NCBI GenBank assembly: GCA_037130755.1
Contig: JBAXSI010000010.1
Span: 16,351 to 80,350, forward strand
DNA from: Actinomycetes bacterium
GTDB taxonomy: Bacteria; Actinomycetota; Actinomycetes; S36-B12
Length of the DNA: 64,000 bases
Reading direction: 5' to 3'
A program made the position numbers and the translations under genes. Within the stretch, counting starts at the first letter, position 1. Each line of letters starts with the position of its first letter. The notes under the pieces are model-generated. The model was not told the origin of the DNA. It worked only from the letters and a program-made list of their open reading frames with translations, and did not search any database. Shown here piece after piece: positions 25,791-36,464 of the stretch.

Positions 25791-26713
25791 GCGGACAGCG
25801 TGTGCCGCTCCACCGCGACGGCGCAGACTCGGCCGTCCTCGGCGAACGAGCGATGGATCACGATGAAGCCGCCGGGTGGGAGCTTGGGGTCCCACAGCTG
25901 ACCCCAGTTCGGCACGTGCGGATCGAGGACGAGGGACTCCGCAAGCGTGTCGAGGATCGTCGGCAGGACGGGCCGGTGGGTGCACAGCACGACCGGAGTC
26001 CGCAGCGCCGCGAGTTCGGCGGCGCGTCCCGCGGTGAGCTGCGGGTCATCGTGGTGCGTCTCCTCTGTGAGGTCCGGCTCCGGATGGACCGACACCCCCA
26101 GGTGCTTGGCGTACCGCCGCACGGTCTCGCTGCACCGTCGCGCACTTGATGCGTGGACCTCCTCGATGCCGTAGGCGTCGAGGAGCGGAACCAACTGCTT
26201 GCTCTGGCTGCGACCACGACCGCTGAGGGGTCGCTCGCTGTCGACGTCGCCGTCGAAGTCGGCGCGCTTCATTGCCTGGGTGTGCCGAAGGATGATCAGT
26301 GGCATCGTTGCCGGCTGCCCGGTGGCCTGCTCGACGAGCGCCACGTCCGCCGGGTACGTCAGATAGTCGACGGCCGAGGCGGCGGGGATCCAACGGATCT
26401 CGTCGATCTCGTCGTCGGGGGCGAAGCCTTCGTCGAGCCCAACCTTGGCGGTCCAGTAGTTCACGACCTTTGGTCGACCCATGACGCTGTACTGCTGCAT
26501 CGGCAGCGGTGCCCCAAGAATGGGCGTGAAGCCGGTCTCCTCATCGCATTCGCGGACCGCCGTGTTGATGAGGTGCTCGCCCTCATCGACCTTGCCCTTG
26601 GGCAACGACCAGTCGGCGCGAAAGGGTCGATGAACGATGAGTACCTCGGTCACACCTCTGTTGTCGCGCAGCAGCACCACGCCGGAGGCACGGATGAGGT
26701 CGGTGCGGGCCAT
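25787..26713 (-). CDS. mutT1: NUDIX hydrolase + histidine phosphatase fusion (MutT1-like)
   Basis: WSLPKGKVDEGE...AVRECDEETG Nudix box; LRHTQA...SS...RC...CTH phosphatase domain; ppk1 context. Confidence 0.88.
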   Translation of the reverse strand: MARTDLIRASGVVLLRDNRGVTEVLIVHRPFRADWSLPKGKVDEGEHLINTAVRECDEETGFTPILGAPLPMQQYSVMGRPKVVNYWTAKVGLDEGFAPDDEIDEIRWIPAASAVDYLTYPADVALVEQATGQPATMPLIILRHTQAMKRADFDGDVDSERPLSGRGRSQSKQLVPLLDAYGIEEVHASSARRCSETVRRYAKHLGVSVHPEPDLTEETHHDDPQLTAGRAAELAALRTPVVLCTHRPVLPTILDTLAESLVLDPHVPNWGQLWDPKLPPGGFIVIHRSFAEDGRVCAVAVERHTLSA

Positions 26714-26716
26714 CGG

Positions 26717-28255
26717 CTACCCCAGCCCGGCCTTGCGGGCCGTGCGTCGCACACGTGGCCACAGATCGGTGAAGCGAAGGCGGTCGCGGATCTCCTCGTC
26801 GGTCTCGTACTCGTGAAGCAGGCCCAGGGACATGCCCGTCAGGCCGTCGACGTCGGCGTGGCCGGCGACCTCGCGAATGATCGACTGCGCGACATGTGCG
26901 TCCTGGTGGTCCCCGAGGAGGTCGGTGACCAGCGCCAGGCCTTCGGCCAGGGTCACCATGCGGCTTCCGAAAATGTTCGCGACGGACTCGGCGGCATAGC
27001 GAGCCCGCTTGGCCTTGATCCTCGCCTCGTGCCACGTGACGCTCGGGCCGTCCAACTCCAACCCGTTGATGGACTTCACCAGGCGCCCCCACGTGCGGTC
27101 CACCAGCGGGAGCAGCACGTCGCCGCACTCGCCGAACGCCTCGTCGGTCACGGGAGGGTCGATGGCGAGGGTCATCAAGTCGTCGACGAGCAGCTGGTGG
27201 CGGTCGCTGCGCAGCGCCGCGATCGCGCTCGAGCGCGCCGAGGCAAGGCGCTGGTTGAGCACGACGTCGAGGATGGTCCTGGCGCGCTCGCTGTCCTGTG
27301 GATCGTCCAACGCCTCGGCATGTGCGTCGAGTCGTTCGATCATCACCTCGGTGTCACGCACGGCCCCGAGTTCGCTCGCGAGCCACTTGAGCTCCTCGCG
27401 AAGTGTGGCCGCCGTCTCGGCGTCCAGCAGTGGCGCGAACGTCGCAAGCGCGCTGCGGATCCGTCGCGCGGAGACCCGCATCTGGTGCACCGAGTCGGGA
27501 AGGTCACGACGCACGGCGACGTCGGACATCAGCAGGTGCCGCACGTGCAGGGCCAGCACCGAACGGATGGCATCGACGGCGAGCCCGCCAGGGCCGGGCA
27601 GGGGGACCTCGGGAACGTCGGACGGCTCCTGCGTGCGAGGTCCGAGGGCGCTCGCGGCCTTGCTCACCGAACTTGGCTCAGCACCTGACTCGAGGAGGGC
27701 GCTGACGGCGCGCTCCAGCATCTCCAGGGCAAGGGGGTCCTCGGAGTCCAGGCATTCGATCTCGAGTTCGCGGAACACACTGACAACGGTCCCGTCCCGG
27801 AGCACGGAGACGATGTCGTCGACGAGCTCTACTCGCTCGACGCCCTCGTTGTCGTAGAGGTGCGAGGGGGTGCGCCTGGTCGACAGCGTCACGATCGGGA
27901 CCAGCGCCTGCTCGCGGAGCAATGGGGAGATCACCTCGACGAAGCCGCCCGGGACCGATCCCACCGGACCGGCATCGAGCGGCAGCCGGATCTCATCACG
28001 CGCCGAGCCGTCCATGCCCTTCACCGGGAGCTTCATGTGCCAGCCCTCGTCGTGACCGCCCGTGCGCCGTCGCAACGTGATTCCCCATCGGAACAGCGAG
28101 AGGGTCGATGTGTCGTGGTAGACGGCATCGAGGGTGAACGCTTCGTCGGTGACGATGCGGTCAGCGACGCCGCGCTCAACGAGGTCAGGCAGGTCGAACA
28201 GGCCATGGACGCGGAGCTTGCGCTCCACTTCACGATGAGTCGTTATCTCCGTCAC
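26717..28255 (-). CDS. CYTH + CHAD domain polyphosphate-binding protein
   Basis: [24 protein letters not shown] (CYTH); [26 protein letters not shown] (CHAD). Confidence 0.92.
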   Translation of the reverse strand: MTEITTHREVERKLRVHGLFDLPDLVERGVADRIVTDEAFTLDAVYHDTSTLSLFRWGITLRRRTGGHDEGWHMKLPVKGMDGSARDEIRLPLDAGPVGSVPGGFVEVISPLLREQALVPIVTLSTRRTPSHLYDNEGVERVELVDDIVSVLRDGTVVSVFRELEIECLDSEDPLALEMLERAVSALLESGAEPSSVSKAASALGPRTQEPSDVPEVPLPGPGGLAVDAIRSVLALHVRHLLMSDVAVRRDLPDSVHQMRVSARRIRSALATFAPLLDAETAATLREELKWLASELGAVRDTEVMIERLDAHAEALDDPQDSERARTILDVVLNQRLASARSSAIAALRSDRHQLLVDDLMTLAIDPPVTDEAFGECGDVLLPLVDRTWGRLVKSINGLELDGPSVTWHEARIKAKRARYAAESVANIFGSRMVTLAEGLALVTDLLGDHQDAHVAQSIIREVAGHADVDGLTGMSLGLLHEYETDEEIRDRLRFTDLWPRVRRTARKAGLG

Positions 28256-30411
28256 GGAGCAAAGCCCCGCTTCCGCTTGATGTCGATCAGCGACTCCTGG
28301 TAGTCGCGCAGGCGCGTGCCGTCCGGATCGAACAGTCGTCGCACCCAGGTGCCGTCCGGCTCCAGGTCCCAGGCAGCGGTCTCCGGATCGAAGGCGAAGT
28401 CAAACAGGGAGTCGACGTCGGCGATCTCCTCCGGATCGACCAGGCTCACCAAGGTTTCGACGCGCCGGTCGAGGTTGCGGTGCATGAGATCGGCCGAGCC
28501 GATCCACACCTCTGGGCTGTCGCCATTGCGGAAGCAGTACGCCCGGGAGTGCTCGAGGAAGCGGCCGAGGATGCTGAGCACGCGGACGTTCTCGCTCATG
28601 CCCGGTACGCCTGGGCGGACGGCGCAGATGCCGCGCACCCAGATGTCGACTTTGACGCCAGCGCGAGAGGCTCGGTAGAGGGCGTCGATGATGCCCTCGT
28701 CGACGATCGAGTTGCACTTGAAGCGGATGCCGCTGGGCAGGCCCTTCTCGTGGTTGACGATCTCCCGCTCGATGCGATCGACCAGACCGGTGCGCACCGA
28801 GTGCGGGGCGACGAGGAAGCGCTCGTAGTCGGTGTTCATGGAGTAGCCGGACAGCACGTTGAACAGGTTCGAGACGTCCTCACCAATGGCTGGGTCGCAG
28901 GTGAGCAGTCCGAAGTCCTCGTAGAGCCGCGCCGTCTTGGGGTGGTAGTTGCCCGTGCCGATGTGGCAGTAGCGACGCAACTGGTCGCTGTCCTCGCGGA
29001 CGACCATCGAGAGCTTGCTGTGCGTCTTCAGCCCGACAAGACCGTAGACGACGTGGACGCCGGACTCCTCAAGCTTGCGGGCCCACTCGATGTTGTTCTG
29101 CTCGTCGAAGCGTGCCTTGATCTCCACGAGTGCCAGCACCTGCTTGCCCGCCTGGGCGGCATCGATGAGGGCGTCGACGATCGGCGAGTCTCCCGAGGTG
29201 CGGTAGAGGGTCTGCTTGATGGCCAGCACGTTGGGATCTCGAGCGGCCTGCTCGAGGAACAGCTGGACGCTCGTGGAGAAGGAGTCGTACGGATGGTGCA
29301 GCAGCACGTCGTGCTCGCGCATTACTGCCAGTACGTCGGGTGCCGATGCCGTCTCGACCTCGCTCAATTGCCGTGAGGTCTTGCCGACGAAGCGGCGCTG
29401 CTTCAGGTCGTCGCGGTCGAGGCCGTAGAGCGTCCAGAGTCCCGTGAGGTCGAGCGGACCGGGAAGCCGGAACACCTCGAGCTCGTTGACGCCGAGCTCG
29501 CTGATGAGCAGCTCGAGCACGTGCGGGTCGATCGACTCCTCGACCTCGAGGCGGACCGGCGGGCCGAAGCGACGGCGCATGAGCTCGCGCTCCAGCGCCT
29601 GCAGGAGGTTCTCGGCGTCGTCCTCCTCGACCTCGACGTCCTCGTTGCGCGTCACGCGGAAGGTATGGGTCTGGAGGATCTCCATGCCCGGGAAGAGGGT
29701 GTGCAGGTGGGCCGCGATGACGTCCTCGAGCGGCACGAAGCGCGCCGGCGCGACCTCGACGAAGCGAGGGAGCAGCGGAGGCACCTTGACGCGGGCGAAG
29801 AGCTCGGTGCCCGTGACGGGGTTGCGCACCACGACAGCCAGGTTCAAGGAAAGGCCGCTGATGTACGGGAACGGGTGCGACGGGTCGACCGCGAGCGGCG
29901 TGAGCACCGGGAAGACCTTCGCATCGAAGAAGAGCTCGATCTCGGACTTCTCGCTGGGGGTCAGCTCGTCCCATCTCAGCAACTGGATGCCGGTGGCCTC
30001 GAGCTCGGGGAGCAGGCGGTGGCGGAACAGGTCGGCCTGCTCGCGCTGAAGCTCGTAGGCGTTCTGCCAGATGTTCTCGAGCACCTCGCGGGCGGTGTAG
30101 CCGCTGGCGGCCCGGACGGCGATGCCGGTCGCGATGCGCCGCTTGAGGCCGGCTACGCGCACCATGAAGAACTCGTCGAGATTGCTGGCGAAGATTGCCA
30201 GGAACTTGGCCCGGTCCAGGAGGGGCAGGTCGTCGTCCTCGGCGAGTTCGAGCACTCGCCGGTTGAAGGCCAGCCAGGAGAGCTCGCGGTCGAGGAAGCG
30301 GTCCTTGGGCAGGGGGATGTCGGGCATGGTGGACGGGGGCTGCGTGGGGGCGTCCGTCGGGGACGGGACCTCCGCGCGCACCACGTCAGTCGGGGAAGTT
30401 GGCGTGCTCAC
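28252..30411 (-). CDS. ppk1: polyphosphate kinase 1
   Basis: [57 protein letters not shown]. Confidence 0.98.
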   Translation of the reverse strand: MSTPTSPTDVVRAEVPSPTDAPTQPPSTMPDIPLPKDRFLDRELSWLAFNRRVLELAEDDDLPLLDRAKFLAIFASNLDEFFMVRVAGLKRRIATGIAVRAASGYTAREVLENIWQNAYELQREQADLFRHRLLPELEATGIQLLRWDELTPSEKSEIELFFDAKVFPVLTPLAVDPSHPFPYISGLSLNLAVVVRNPVTGTELFARVKVPPLLPRFVEVAPARFVPLEDVIAAHLHTLFPGMEILQTHTFRVTRNEDVEVEEDDAENLLQALERELMRRRFGPPVRLEVEESIDPHVLELLISELGVNELEVFRLPGPLDLTGLWTLYGLDRDDLKQRRFVGKTSRQLSEVETASAPDVLAVMREHDVLLHHPYDSFSTSVQLFLEQAARDPNVLAIKQTLYRTSGDSPIVDALIDAAQAGKQVLALVEIKARFDEQNNIEWARKLEESGVHVVYGLVGLKTHSKLSMVVREDSDQLRRYCHIGTGNYHPKTARLYEDFGLLTCDPAIGEDVSNLFNVLSGYSMNTDYERFLVAPHSVRTGLVDRIEREIVNHEKGLPSGIRFKCNSIVDEGIIDALYRASRAGVKVDIWVRGICAVRPGVPGMSENVRVLSILGRFLEHSRAYCFRNGDSPEVWIGSADLMHRNLDRRVETLVSLVDPEEIADVDSLFDFAFDPETAAWDLEPDGTWVRRLFDPDGTRLRDYQESLIDIKRKRGFAP

Positions 30412-30474
30412 CCGCCGATGGTCCCATAGACGGGTGTGCGCTCAGGCACGCATGGTCCTCTTCGCCGACTACTG

Positions 30475-31431
30475 CTACGTGGACTCAGGGGCCGCGCTGC
30501 GCCTGAACAGGACGTCGGTGTCCCAGCGGGCGAAGCCGAGGCCCTCGTAGAGGGAGATCGCCGCGGTGTTGGTCTCGTCGACGTAGAGCATCGCCTGGCT
30601 GAGGTCGAGAGCCCGAAGATGGTGGAGTCCGGCGAGAGTCAGGGCCTTGCCCAGGCCGGTGCCCCGATGGCTGGGCTCGATTCCCACCACGTAGACCTCG
30701 CCGATGGGCTGATGGTGATGCTGGTGGTCGCTGCCCAGCCGCCCGTGCACCTTGGTCCAGTGGAAGCCGGCGAGCTGGTCGCTGTCCCATGCCATGAGGA
30801 AGCCGTCGGCGGAGAACCACGGCTCCCGGAGGCGGCGCTCAAGGTCGGGTCGGGTCCAGCCGCCCTGGTCAGGCAGCGCCACGAAGGCGCGAGCATTCAG
30901 GTCCAGCCAGGCGTCCTCGTCCTGCCCGACCACGAACGTGCGCACTTCGATGCCGGGCGGGAACTCGGCGCGCGGAAGCGGGGCGTACAACGATCTGCGC
31001 AACTGCCACAGCACGCGTGCGTGCGTGAACCCCATGCCGGTGGCCAGCTCGGTCGCGCCGGCCTGCTCGCCGTGTGCCCACAGCCGAAGTCGACCGTCGG
31101 GAGACAGTCCGATGAGCTCCTCGACGAGCAGGCGGCCCAGCCCTAACCGTCGGTGCTCTGGATCGACGGCGACCTCTGCGCTTGGCCCGTCGACGGGGTC
31201 GGTGACGTCCAGGTGCGCGTAGCCGACGACCTTGCCATCGGGGTCGACGGCGACCAGATGCTGTCCTCGCGGGTCGCCGCCCTCCTTCAGGTGCAGCCAC
31301 ACGTGCTCGGACACCGGGCGCATCCCGTCGTGGTCGGTGACGCGCTGGATGAGCGCGGTGACTTGGGCGATTGCCGCGTCGTCCAGACGCGTCCTGACGC
31401 GGATCACCGCGGGGTCACCAATTGATGCCAC
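30475..31431 (-). CDS. mshD: mycothiol synthase (tandem GNAT)
   Basis: RLWAHG, GFHWTKVH, GEVYVVGI, MLYVDE.N..A..LY; start uncertain (31431 or 31407). Confidence 0.92.
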   Translation of the reverse strand: MASIGDPAVIRVRTRLDDAAIAQVTALIQRVTDHDGMRPVSEHVWLHLKEGGDPRGQHLVAVDPDGKVVGYAHLDVTDPVDGPSAEVAVDPEHRRLGLGRLLVEELIGLSPDGRLRLWAHGEQAGATELATGMGFTHARVLWQLRRSLYAPLPRAEFPPGIEVRTFVVGQDEDAWLDLNARAFVALPDQGGWTRPDLERRLREPWFSADGFLMAWDSDQLAGFHWTKVHGRLGSDHQHHHQPIGEVYVVGIEPSHRGTGLGKALTLAGLHHLRALDLSQAMLYVDETNTAAISLYEGLGFARWDTDVLFRRSAAPEST

Positions 31432-31447
31432 TGGAGCCGAGTCCTGA

Positions 31448-32182
31448 TCAGGCGAGGAGCGCGGCCTCGTCGACCTCGGACAGCGTGGCGCGCGTGGCGT
31501 CATCGGTGCCCTCGGGGACGAAGCGGTAGCCGACGTTCCGGACCGTGCCGATGAGGCCCTCGTGCTCGGCGCCGAGCTTCGCGCGGAGGCGTCTGACGTG
31601 GACGTCGACGGTGCGCGTGCCACCGAAGTAGTCGTAGCCCCATACCTCCTGCAGCAGCACAGCGCGGGTGAACACCCGGCCCGGATGCTGGGCGAGGAAC
31701 TTCAGCAGCTCGAACTCCTTGAAGGTGAGATCGAGCGTTCGGCTGCGCAGCTTGGCGGTGTAGGTGCCTTCGTCGATGTGCAGTTCGCCGCTGCGGATCT
31801 CCTCGGGAAGGTCGTTCGGCGCTCCGGTGGCGTCCGCGGTGCGGGAGATGGCAAGTCGCAGCCGTGCCTCGACCTCTGCGGGCGAGCTGGTGTCGACGAG
31901 GACGTCGTCCATGCCCCAGTCCCATTGGATGGCGGCGAGCCCGCCCTCCGTGGTGACCAGCAGGAGCGGGACGTCGATGCCGGTCTGGCGCAGGAGTCTG
32001 GTGAGGCCGCGGACAGCAGGCAGGTCGCGTCGGCCATCGACCAGCAGTACATCGCATGACGGTGCGTTGAGCAGCGCGGTGGGCTCGGCGGGCATCGTGC
32101 GCACATGGTGCGCGAGCAGGCCTAGGGCGGGCAGCACTTCAGCGGACGGCTCCATCGCGCGGGTCAGGAGGATCAGTCGCAC
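31448..32182 (-). CDS. glnR: GlnR, orphan OmpR-family nitrogen regulator
   Basis: [57 protein letters not shown]; upstream of mshD. Confidence 0.9.
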   Translation of the reverse strand: MRLILLTRAMEPSAEVLPALGLLAHHVRTMPAEPTALLNAPSCDVLLVDGRRDLPAVRGLTRLLRQTGIDVPLLLVTTEGGLAAIQWDWGMDDVLVDTSSPAEVEARLRLAISRTADATGAPNDLPEEIRSGELHIDEGTYTAKLRSRTLDLTFKEFELLKFLAQHPGRVFTRAVLLQEVWGYDYFGGTRTVDVHVRRLRAKLGAEHEGLIGTVRNVGYRFVPEGTDDATRATLSEVDEAALLA

Positions 32183-32283
32183 TGGTTCTCCCTCCCGGCA
32201 CTGTCGCTTTCGGCTGGGGCAAGGCTACGCCACGTGGCTGTTAGCCTGCCCGAGTCCCCATCGGCTGGAGGGAGTTAGCCGCT

Positions 32284-33090
32284 ATGCCCGCCTCGCACGA
32301 GGTCGTCGAGCAGACCCTCCATGCCGCCGACGGCGTCGACATCAGTGCCGTCCACATCCCGGGCGAGCACTCGGACCTGTGCCTGGTCGTCGTCCACGGA
32401 TTCACCGGCAGCTGGCGCGAGGACCGGGTCACCAAGGTGGTCGACGAGCTGATCGACTTCGGATCGATCGTGGCCATCGACATGCGCGGCCACGGACGAT
32501 CGGGCGGTGTCACGACCCTCGGCGACCTCGAGGTGCTCGACGCGGCGGCGGCAGTGAGCTGGGCCAGGGAACTGGGATATCCGACGGTGGTCACGGTCGG
32601 CTTCTCGCTGGGTGGCGCCGTGGTCCTGCGCGAGGGCGGGCTGGCATCGACCAGGACGCTTCCTGAAGGTGCGACCGGCGGCCAGGTCGACGGCGTCGTG
32701 GCCGTCAGTGCCCCTGCGTTCTGGTACTACAAGGGCACCAAGGTGACCCGATTCGTTCATCGGCTCGTCCAGACCCGCTGGGGCCGGACCGTCATGAAGC
32801 TCGGTGGCACACGCGTGACTGACGAGGAGTGGGTAGAGCCCTACCCGGCTGCCCCCTTCGAGGCCGCTGCGCTGCTGGACGTCCCTCTGCTGATCGTCCA
32901 TGGGGACGTCGACCGCTACTTCCCGATCGAGCACCCGCAGGCGATCCAACGCTCCGCTGTGGCCGCCGGCGTGCGAACGGACCTGTGGCTGGAGAAGGGC
33001 TTCGGGCACGCCGAGAGCGCCGTCTCGACGCAGATCCTCCGACGCATCGGCGCCTGGGCGCGGGAATGCGTCCAGCCCGAGGAGAGTTGA
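32284..33090 (+). CDS. alpha/beta hydrolase
   Basis: HGFTG, GFSLGG nucleophile elbow, HGDVD, GHAE. Confidence 0.9.
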   Translation: MPASHEVVEQTLHAADGVDISAVHIPGEHSDLCLVVVHGFTGSWREDRVTKVVDELIDFGSIVAIDMRGHGRSGGVTTLGDLEVLDAAAAVSWARELGYPTVVTVGFSLGGAVVLREGGLASTRTLPEGATGGQVDGVVAVSAPAFWYYKGTKVTRFVHRLVQTRWGRTVMKLGGTRVTDEEWVEPYPAAPFEAAALLDVPLLIVHGDVDRYFPIEHPQAIQRSAVAAGVRTDLWLEKGFGHAESAVSTQILRRIGAWARECVQPEES

Positions 33091-33098
33091 GCGCAGGT

Positions 33099-33617
33099 AT
33101 GGCCGGAGTCTGGATCGTCATCGGGGTGCTGCTCGCGGCCACCGCGTTCGGTCTGTGGAACAAGCGCACGTCCGGTCGCATCAAGGAGAGCAAGACCGCC
33201 GGAGCCCTGCCCGGCATCACGCCAGCCCTGGAGAGCGATCCCCTCGCGGACATCGAGTCCGATGCGTCGGTGGCACCGGTCAGTGCCCTGACCGCGATCC
33301 TGAACGGCCGGCTCGGCGAACGGGCGACCGTCGTGCAGTTCTCGAGCGCGTTCTGCCAGCCCTGCCGCGCCACCCGCCGGATCCTCGAAGAGGTCACGAC
33401 GATGGTGCCCGGTGTGGCCCATGTCGAGATCGACGCCGAGGACCATCTGGACCTCGTCCGCGAGCTCGACATCAGGCGCACGCCCACGGTGTTGTTCCTC
33501 GACGCCGACGGTGTCCAGCGCAAGCATGCGAGCGGGCTGCCCCGCAAGGCGGACGTGATCGCGGCGCTGGGCGACATCATCCCCGGCTCCGCGGGGGACT
33601 CGGACTTCGCGATCTAG
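33099..33617 (+). CDS. membrane-anchored thioredoxin-like protein (ThiX-like)
   Basis: N-terminal TM helix, FSSAFCQPC CxxC, TPT cis-Pro motif. Confidence 0.88.
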   Translation: MAGVWIVIGVLLAATAFGLWNKRTSGRIKESKTAGALPGITPALESDPLADIESDASVAPVSALTAILNGRLGERATVVQFSSAFCQPCRATRRILEEVTTMVPGVAHVEIDAEDHLDLVRELDIRRTPTVLFLDADGVQRKHASGLPRKADVIAALGDIIPGSAGDSDFAI

Positions 33618-33621
33618 CCTC

Positions 33622-33656
33622 CGGACGCGGACGCGGACGCGGGCGCGGGCGCGGTG
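33622..33656. repeat. hexamer tandem repeat (CGGACG)3(CGGGCG)2
   Basis: Direct reading of intergenic sequence after the thioredoxin stop. Confidence 0.8.
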
Positions 33657-33811
33657 CTGCGAGGGATGTGCAGGAACGACCCGCTGGCTGCTGCTGAACC
33701 CGCCGACGCCGCCTTCTGCCGGCTGCCTAGGTTCAGCATTCTGGAGCAGCATGCTTCTAGACAATGCATACAGAATTTATATAGAATCCCCATCCGACCG
33801 AGGGAGATGTC

Positions 33812-34291
33812 ATGAGTGCACAGGTGTCGAAAGCGAGCACGGACGCCGACCTCGACTGCTCACCCCGCACCCAGGTGGATCCGCGCGGGCCCCGCTTCGG
33901 CGCAGCGGTCACCACCGTCGTCCTCGCCTCCGCCCTGATCTTCAACGGCACGACCCTCGGCACGGCCCTGATCGCCTGGCAGACGCTGGTATTCGCCCTC
34001 GGCGCGCTCGTTGGTCTGCAGGCGCAGCCGTACGGCATCTTCTTCCGCAAGGTCGTCAAGCCCCGGCTGGCACCCCCCGCCGAGCTCGAGGACGCCGCCC
34101 CACCGCGGTTCGCGCAGGCCGTCGGCCTTGCATTCCTCGTGGTCGCGCTCGTGGCCGCGCTGGCCGGCGCCACTGTCGTGTCCGCCGTCGCCGTCGCGTT
34201 CGCCCTGGCCGCGGCATTCTTGAACGCGGCATTCGCCTTCTGCCTCGGCTGCGAGATGTGCCTGCTCGGTCAGCGGCTCGCTCACCGCTAG
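33812..34291 (+). CDS. DUF4395 membrane protein
   Basis: VDPRGPRF, PPRFAQAVG, FLNAAFAFCLGCE; follows thioredoxin as in other actinobacteria. Confidence 0.9.
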   Translation: MSAQVSKASTDADLDCSPRTQVDPRGPRFGAAVTTVVLASALIFNGTTLGTALIAWQTLVFALGALVGLQAQPYGIFFRKVVKPRLAPPAELEDAAPPRFAQAVGLAFLVVALVAALAGATVVSAVAVAFALAAAFLNAAFAFCLGCEMCLLGQRLAHR

Positions 34292-34318
34292 CCGGGGGCG
34301 CACCGGTACGCTGCGAGC

Positions 34319-34420
34319 ATGGTTGAGGTTGGGTACACCGGACTGCTGATCGTCGCGATGGCAGCGGCTGGCTGGTTCGCTTTCTACGTCGTCTTCAAGC
34401 TCTTCAAGGGTCAGGAATAG
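34319..34420 (+). CDS. 33-aa single-TM microprotein MVEVGYTGLLIVAMAAAGWFAFYVVFKLFKGQE
   Basis: Below ORF-track cutoff; -10 TACGCT (34307-34312) 6 nt before ATG; GC3-rich codons; TAG abuts next GTG. Confidence 0.72.
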   Translation: MVEVGYTGLLIVAMAAAGWFAFYVVFKLFKGQE

Positions 34421-34981
34421 GTGCTCTCACCAGACGGTTCGGGCGTTGAGGTGCCGGTACCCCTCCGCCCGTGGTCCTGGCTCATCGGCCGATGGATCGG
34501 CGTGGGCACGGGTCAGTACCCGACGATCGATGACTTCCGCTTCGGGCAGGAGATCTCCTTCAGCACCGACGGCCGGCCGTTCCTGAGTTACTGGTCGCGC
34601 AGTTGGCTGCTCGACGAGGAGGGCAACCGGGTACGACCGCTCGCCACCGAGACCGGGTTCTGGCGTCCCAAGGACGACAACACCGTCGAGGTGACGTTGG
34701 CGCACGCCAGCGGCTACGCGGAGATCTGGTACGGCACGCTTGAGGTCACCGGCATGGAGAACGCGGTCATCACCGGAGCCCGAGCGGAGTTGAAGACCGA
34801 TGTCGTCGCCCGGACGCAGACGGCCAAGGACTACTCGCACGGCCAACGGCTCTATGGCCTCGTCGAGGGCCGCCTGCTGTGGACCTACGACATGCAGGCC
34901 ATGGGCCAGCCCATGGTCAACCATCTCGCTGCGACGCTTAACCCGGCCGGCCCGGCCGATGATGAGGAGCTTGGGTCATGA
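34421..34981 (+). CDS. FABP/nitrobindin (DUF1794) family protein
   Basis: LIGRW.G.G.G.YPT, DGRPFLSY, ETGFWR, RLYGLV, C-terminal HL (heme-His position). Confidence 0.9.
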   Translation: MLSPDGSGVEVPVPLRPWSWLIGRWIGVGTGQYPTIDDFRFGQEISFSTDGRPFLSYWSRSWLLDEEGNRVRPLATETGFWRPKDDNTVEVTLAHASGYAEIWYGTLEVTGMENAVITGARAELKTDVVARTQTAKDYSHGQRLYGLVEGRLLWTYDMQAMGQPMVNHLAATLNPAGPADDEELGS

Positions 34982-35424
34982 CCGAGGACTGGGAGCGTCG
35001 GCTGCGGGAGCACGGCTTCCGCATCACCCCGCAGCGCCAGCTCGTCCTCGAGGCTGTGGAGCAGCTTCGACACGGCACTCCTGACGAGATCCTGGTCGAG
35101 GTGCAGCGCACGGCCACTGGCGTCAATCTCTCGACCGTCTACCGCACACTCGAAGTGCTCGAGGACGTCGGCCTGGTCACGCACGCGCACATCGGACACG
35201 GCCCGCCGACCTACCACGCCGTTGACGAGCACGTGCACATCCACCTCGTCTGCGACCGCTGCGGCAAGGTGCTCAGCGTTCCCGCGCACAGTGCCGAGGA
35301 CTTCGTCACCCGGCTTGAATCCGAGTACGGATTCCGCACCGACATCTCCCACGTGTCCGTGCACGGCCTGTGCGAGTCGTGCCTGTCCCGTCCGAAGGAG
35401 ATCGAGCCGGAAGACGCACTGTGA
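34978..35424 (+). CDS. Fur family transcriptional regulator
   Basis: RITPQR, STVYRTL, HIHLVCDRC, GLCESC. Confidence 0.94.
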   Translation: MTEDWERRLREHGFRITPQRQLVLEAVEQLRHGTPDEILVEVQRTATGVNLSTVYRTLEVLEDVGLVTHAHIGHGPPTYHAVDEHVHIHLVCDRCGKVLSVPAHSAEDFVTRLESEYGFRTDISHVSVHGLCESCLSRPKEIEPEDAL

Positions 35425-36455
35425 CGCGTTCGGACGCAGTCGCCTCACCTGCGGGGAGTCCGGATCCGGGCGTCCCGTGGCACTACGGCGACCCGCACCG
35501 AGAGCAGCGCACTCTGGTGTCCGGGGAGGGCGTCGTCGACATCTCCAATCGGGGCGTCGTGTCCGTGACCGGACCAGACCGACTGACGTGGCTCAACGAC
35601 CTCACCACCCAGCGCATTGACGCACTCAAGCCGGGCGAGTCGGCACTCGCGTTGATCCTCAGCCCGCACGGGCACGTCGAGCACGAGCTGCATGTCATCG
35701 ATGACGGCACCACGACCTGGATCGTCACCCCGCCGGGTGACCAGACCGCGCTCGCCGACTACCTGCGATCGATGCAGTTCATGCTGCGGGTCGAGGTAAC
35801 CGACGTCACCGGTGGTTTCGCTGTGGTGTGGGAGCCGATCACCGAGCCAGACCCGGAGTTCTCGACGTGGCTGGAGCCGGCGGACTTCGCCGGAACCGGG
35901 CACGTCGATGCGGGCGCTGACCGCGGCGGCGATGCGTCGAAGTACGTGCCAGGTCGAGCGGAGTCGTTCGCCGGCCGCGAGGTCATCGTCCCGCGCGCGC
36001 TGCTTGCTGACCGGCTTGGCGCGGCCACGACGCTGTCGGGCACCTGGGCGCTCGAGGCGTTGCGCGTCGCCGCGGCCGTGCCGCGGATCGGCCTGGAGAC
36101 CGACCACCGCACGCTGCCGCACGAGGTGGGCTGGATCGGCCCCGGGGTTCACCTGGCGAAGGGCTGCTACCGCGGGCAGGAGGCGGTTGCGCGCGTGCAC
36201 AACCTCGGGCATCCGCCGCGTCGACTGGTCCTGCTCCACCTTGACGGCAGCGAGGATCGCCTGCCTGCCCACGGCGACCCTGTTGTCGTCGACGGCAAGG
36301 ACGTCGGGTTCGTCGGCACAGCCGCGCGTCACTTCGAGCTCGGTCCGATCGCCACGGCACTCATCAAGCGCAATGTCCCAACGGACGCCCCGGTCGTGGT
36401 GCGCACGTCGGAGGGTGACGTCGCTGCCACGCAGGAAGTCGTCGTCGCCCCCTAG
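35421..36455 (+). CDS. ygfZ: YgfZ/GcvT-type folate-binding Fe-S repair protein
   Basis: KGCYRGQE signature; GTGA coupling to Fur. Confidence 0.9.
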   Translation: MTRSDAVASPAGSPDPGVPWHYGDPHREQRTLVSGEGVVDISNRGVVSVTGPDRLTWLNDLTTQRIDALKPGESALALILSPHGHVEHELHVIDDGTTTWIVTPPGDQTALADYLRSMQFMLRVEVTDVTGGFAVVWEPITEPDPEFSTWLEPADFAGTGHVDAGADRGGDASKYVPGRAESFAGREVIVPRALLADRLGAATTLSGTWALEALRVAAAVPRIGLETDHRTLPHEVGWIGPGVHLAKGCYRGQEAVARVHNLGHPPRRLVLLHLDGSEDRLPAHGDPVVVDGKDVGFVGTAARHFELGPIATALIKRNVPTDAPVVVRTSEGDVAATQEVVVAP

Positions 36456-36464
36456 TCCGCTGGG

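Noticed and set aside
33666-33815. 49-codon ORF (MCRNDPL...) as a Cys leader peptide for DUF4395
   Set aside because: Cys residues are scattered, codon usage is atypical, and it runs through the AT-rich promoter-like tract.
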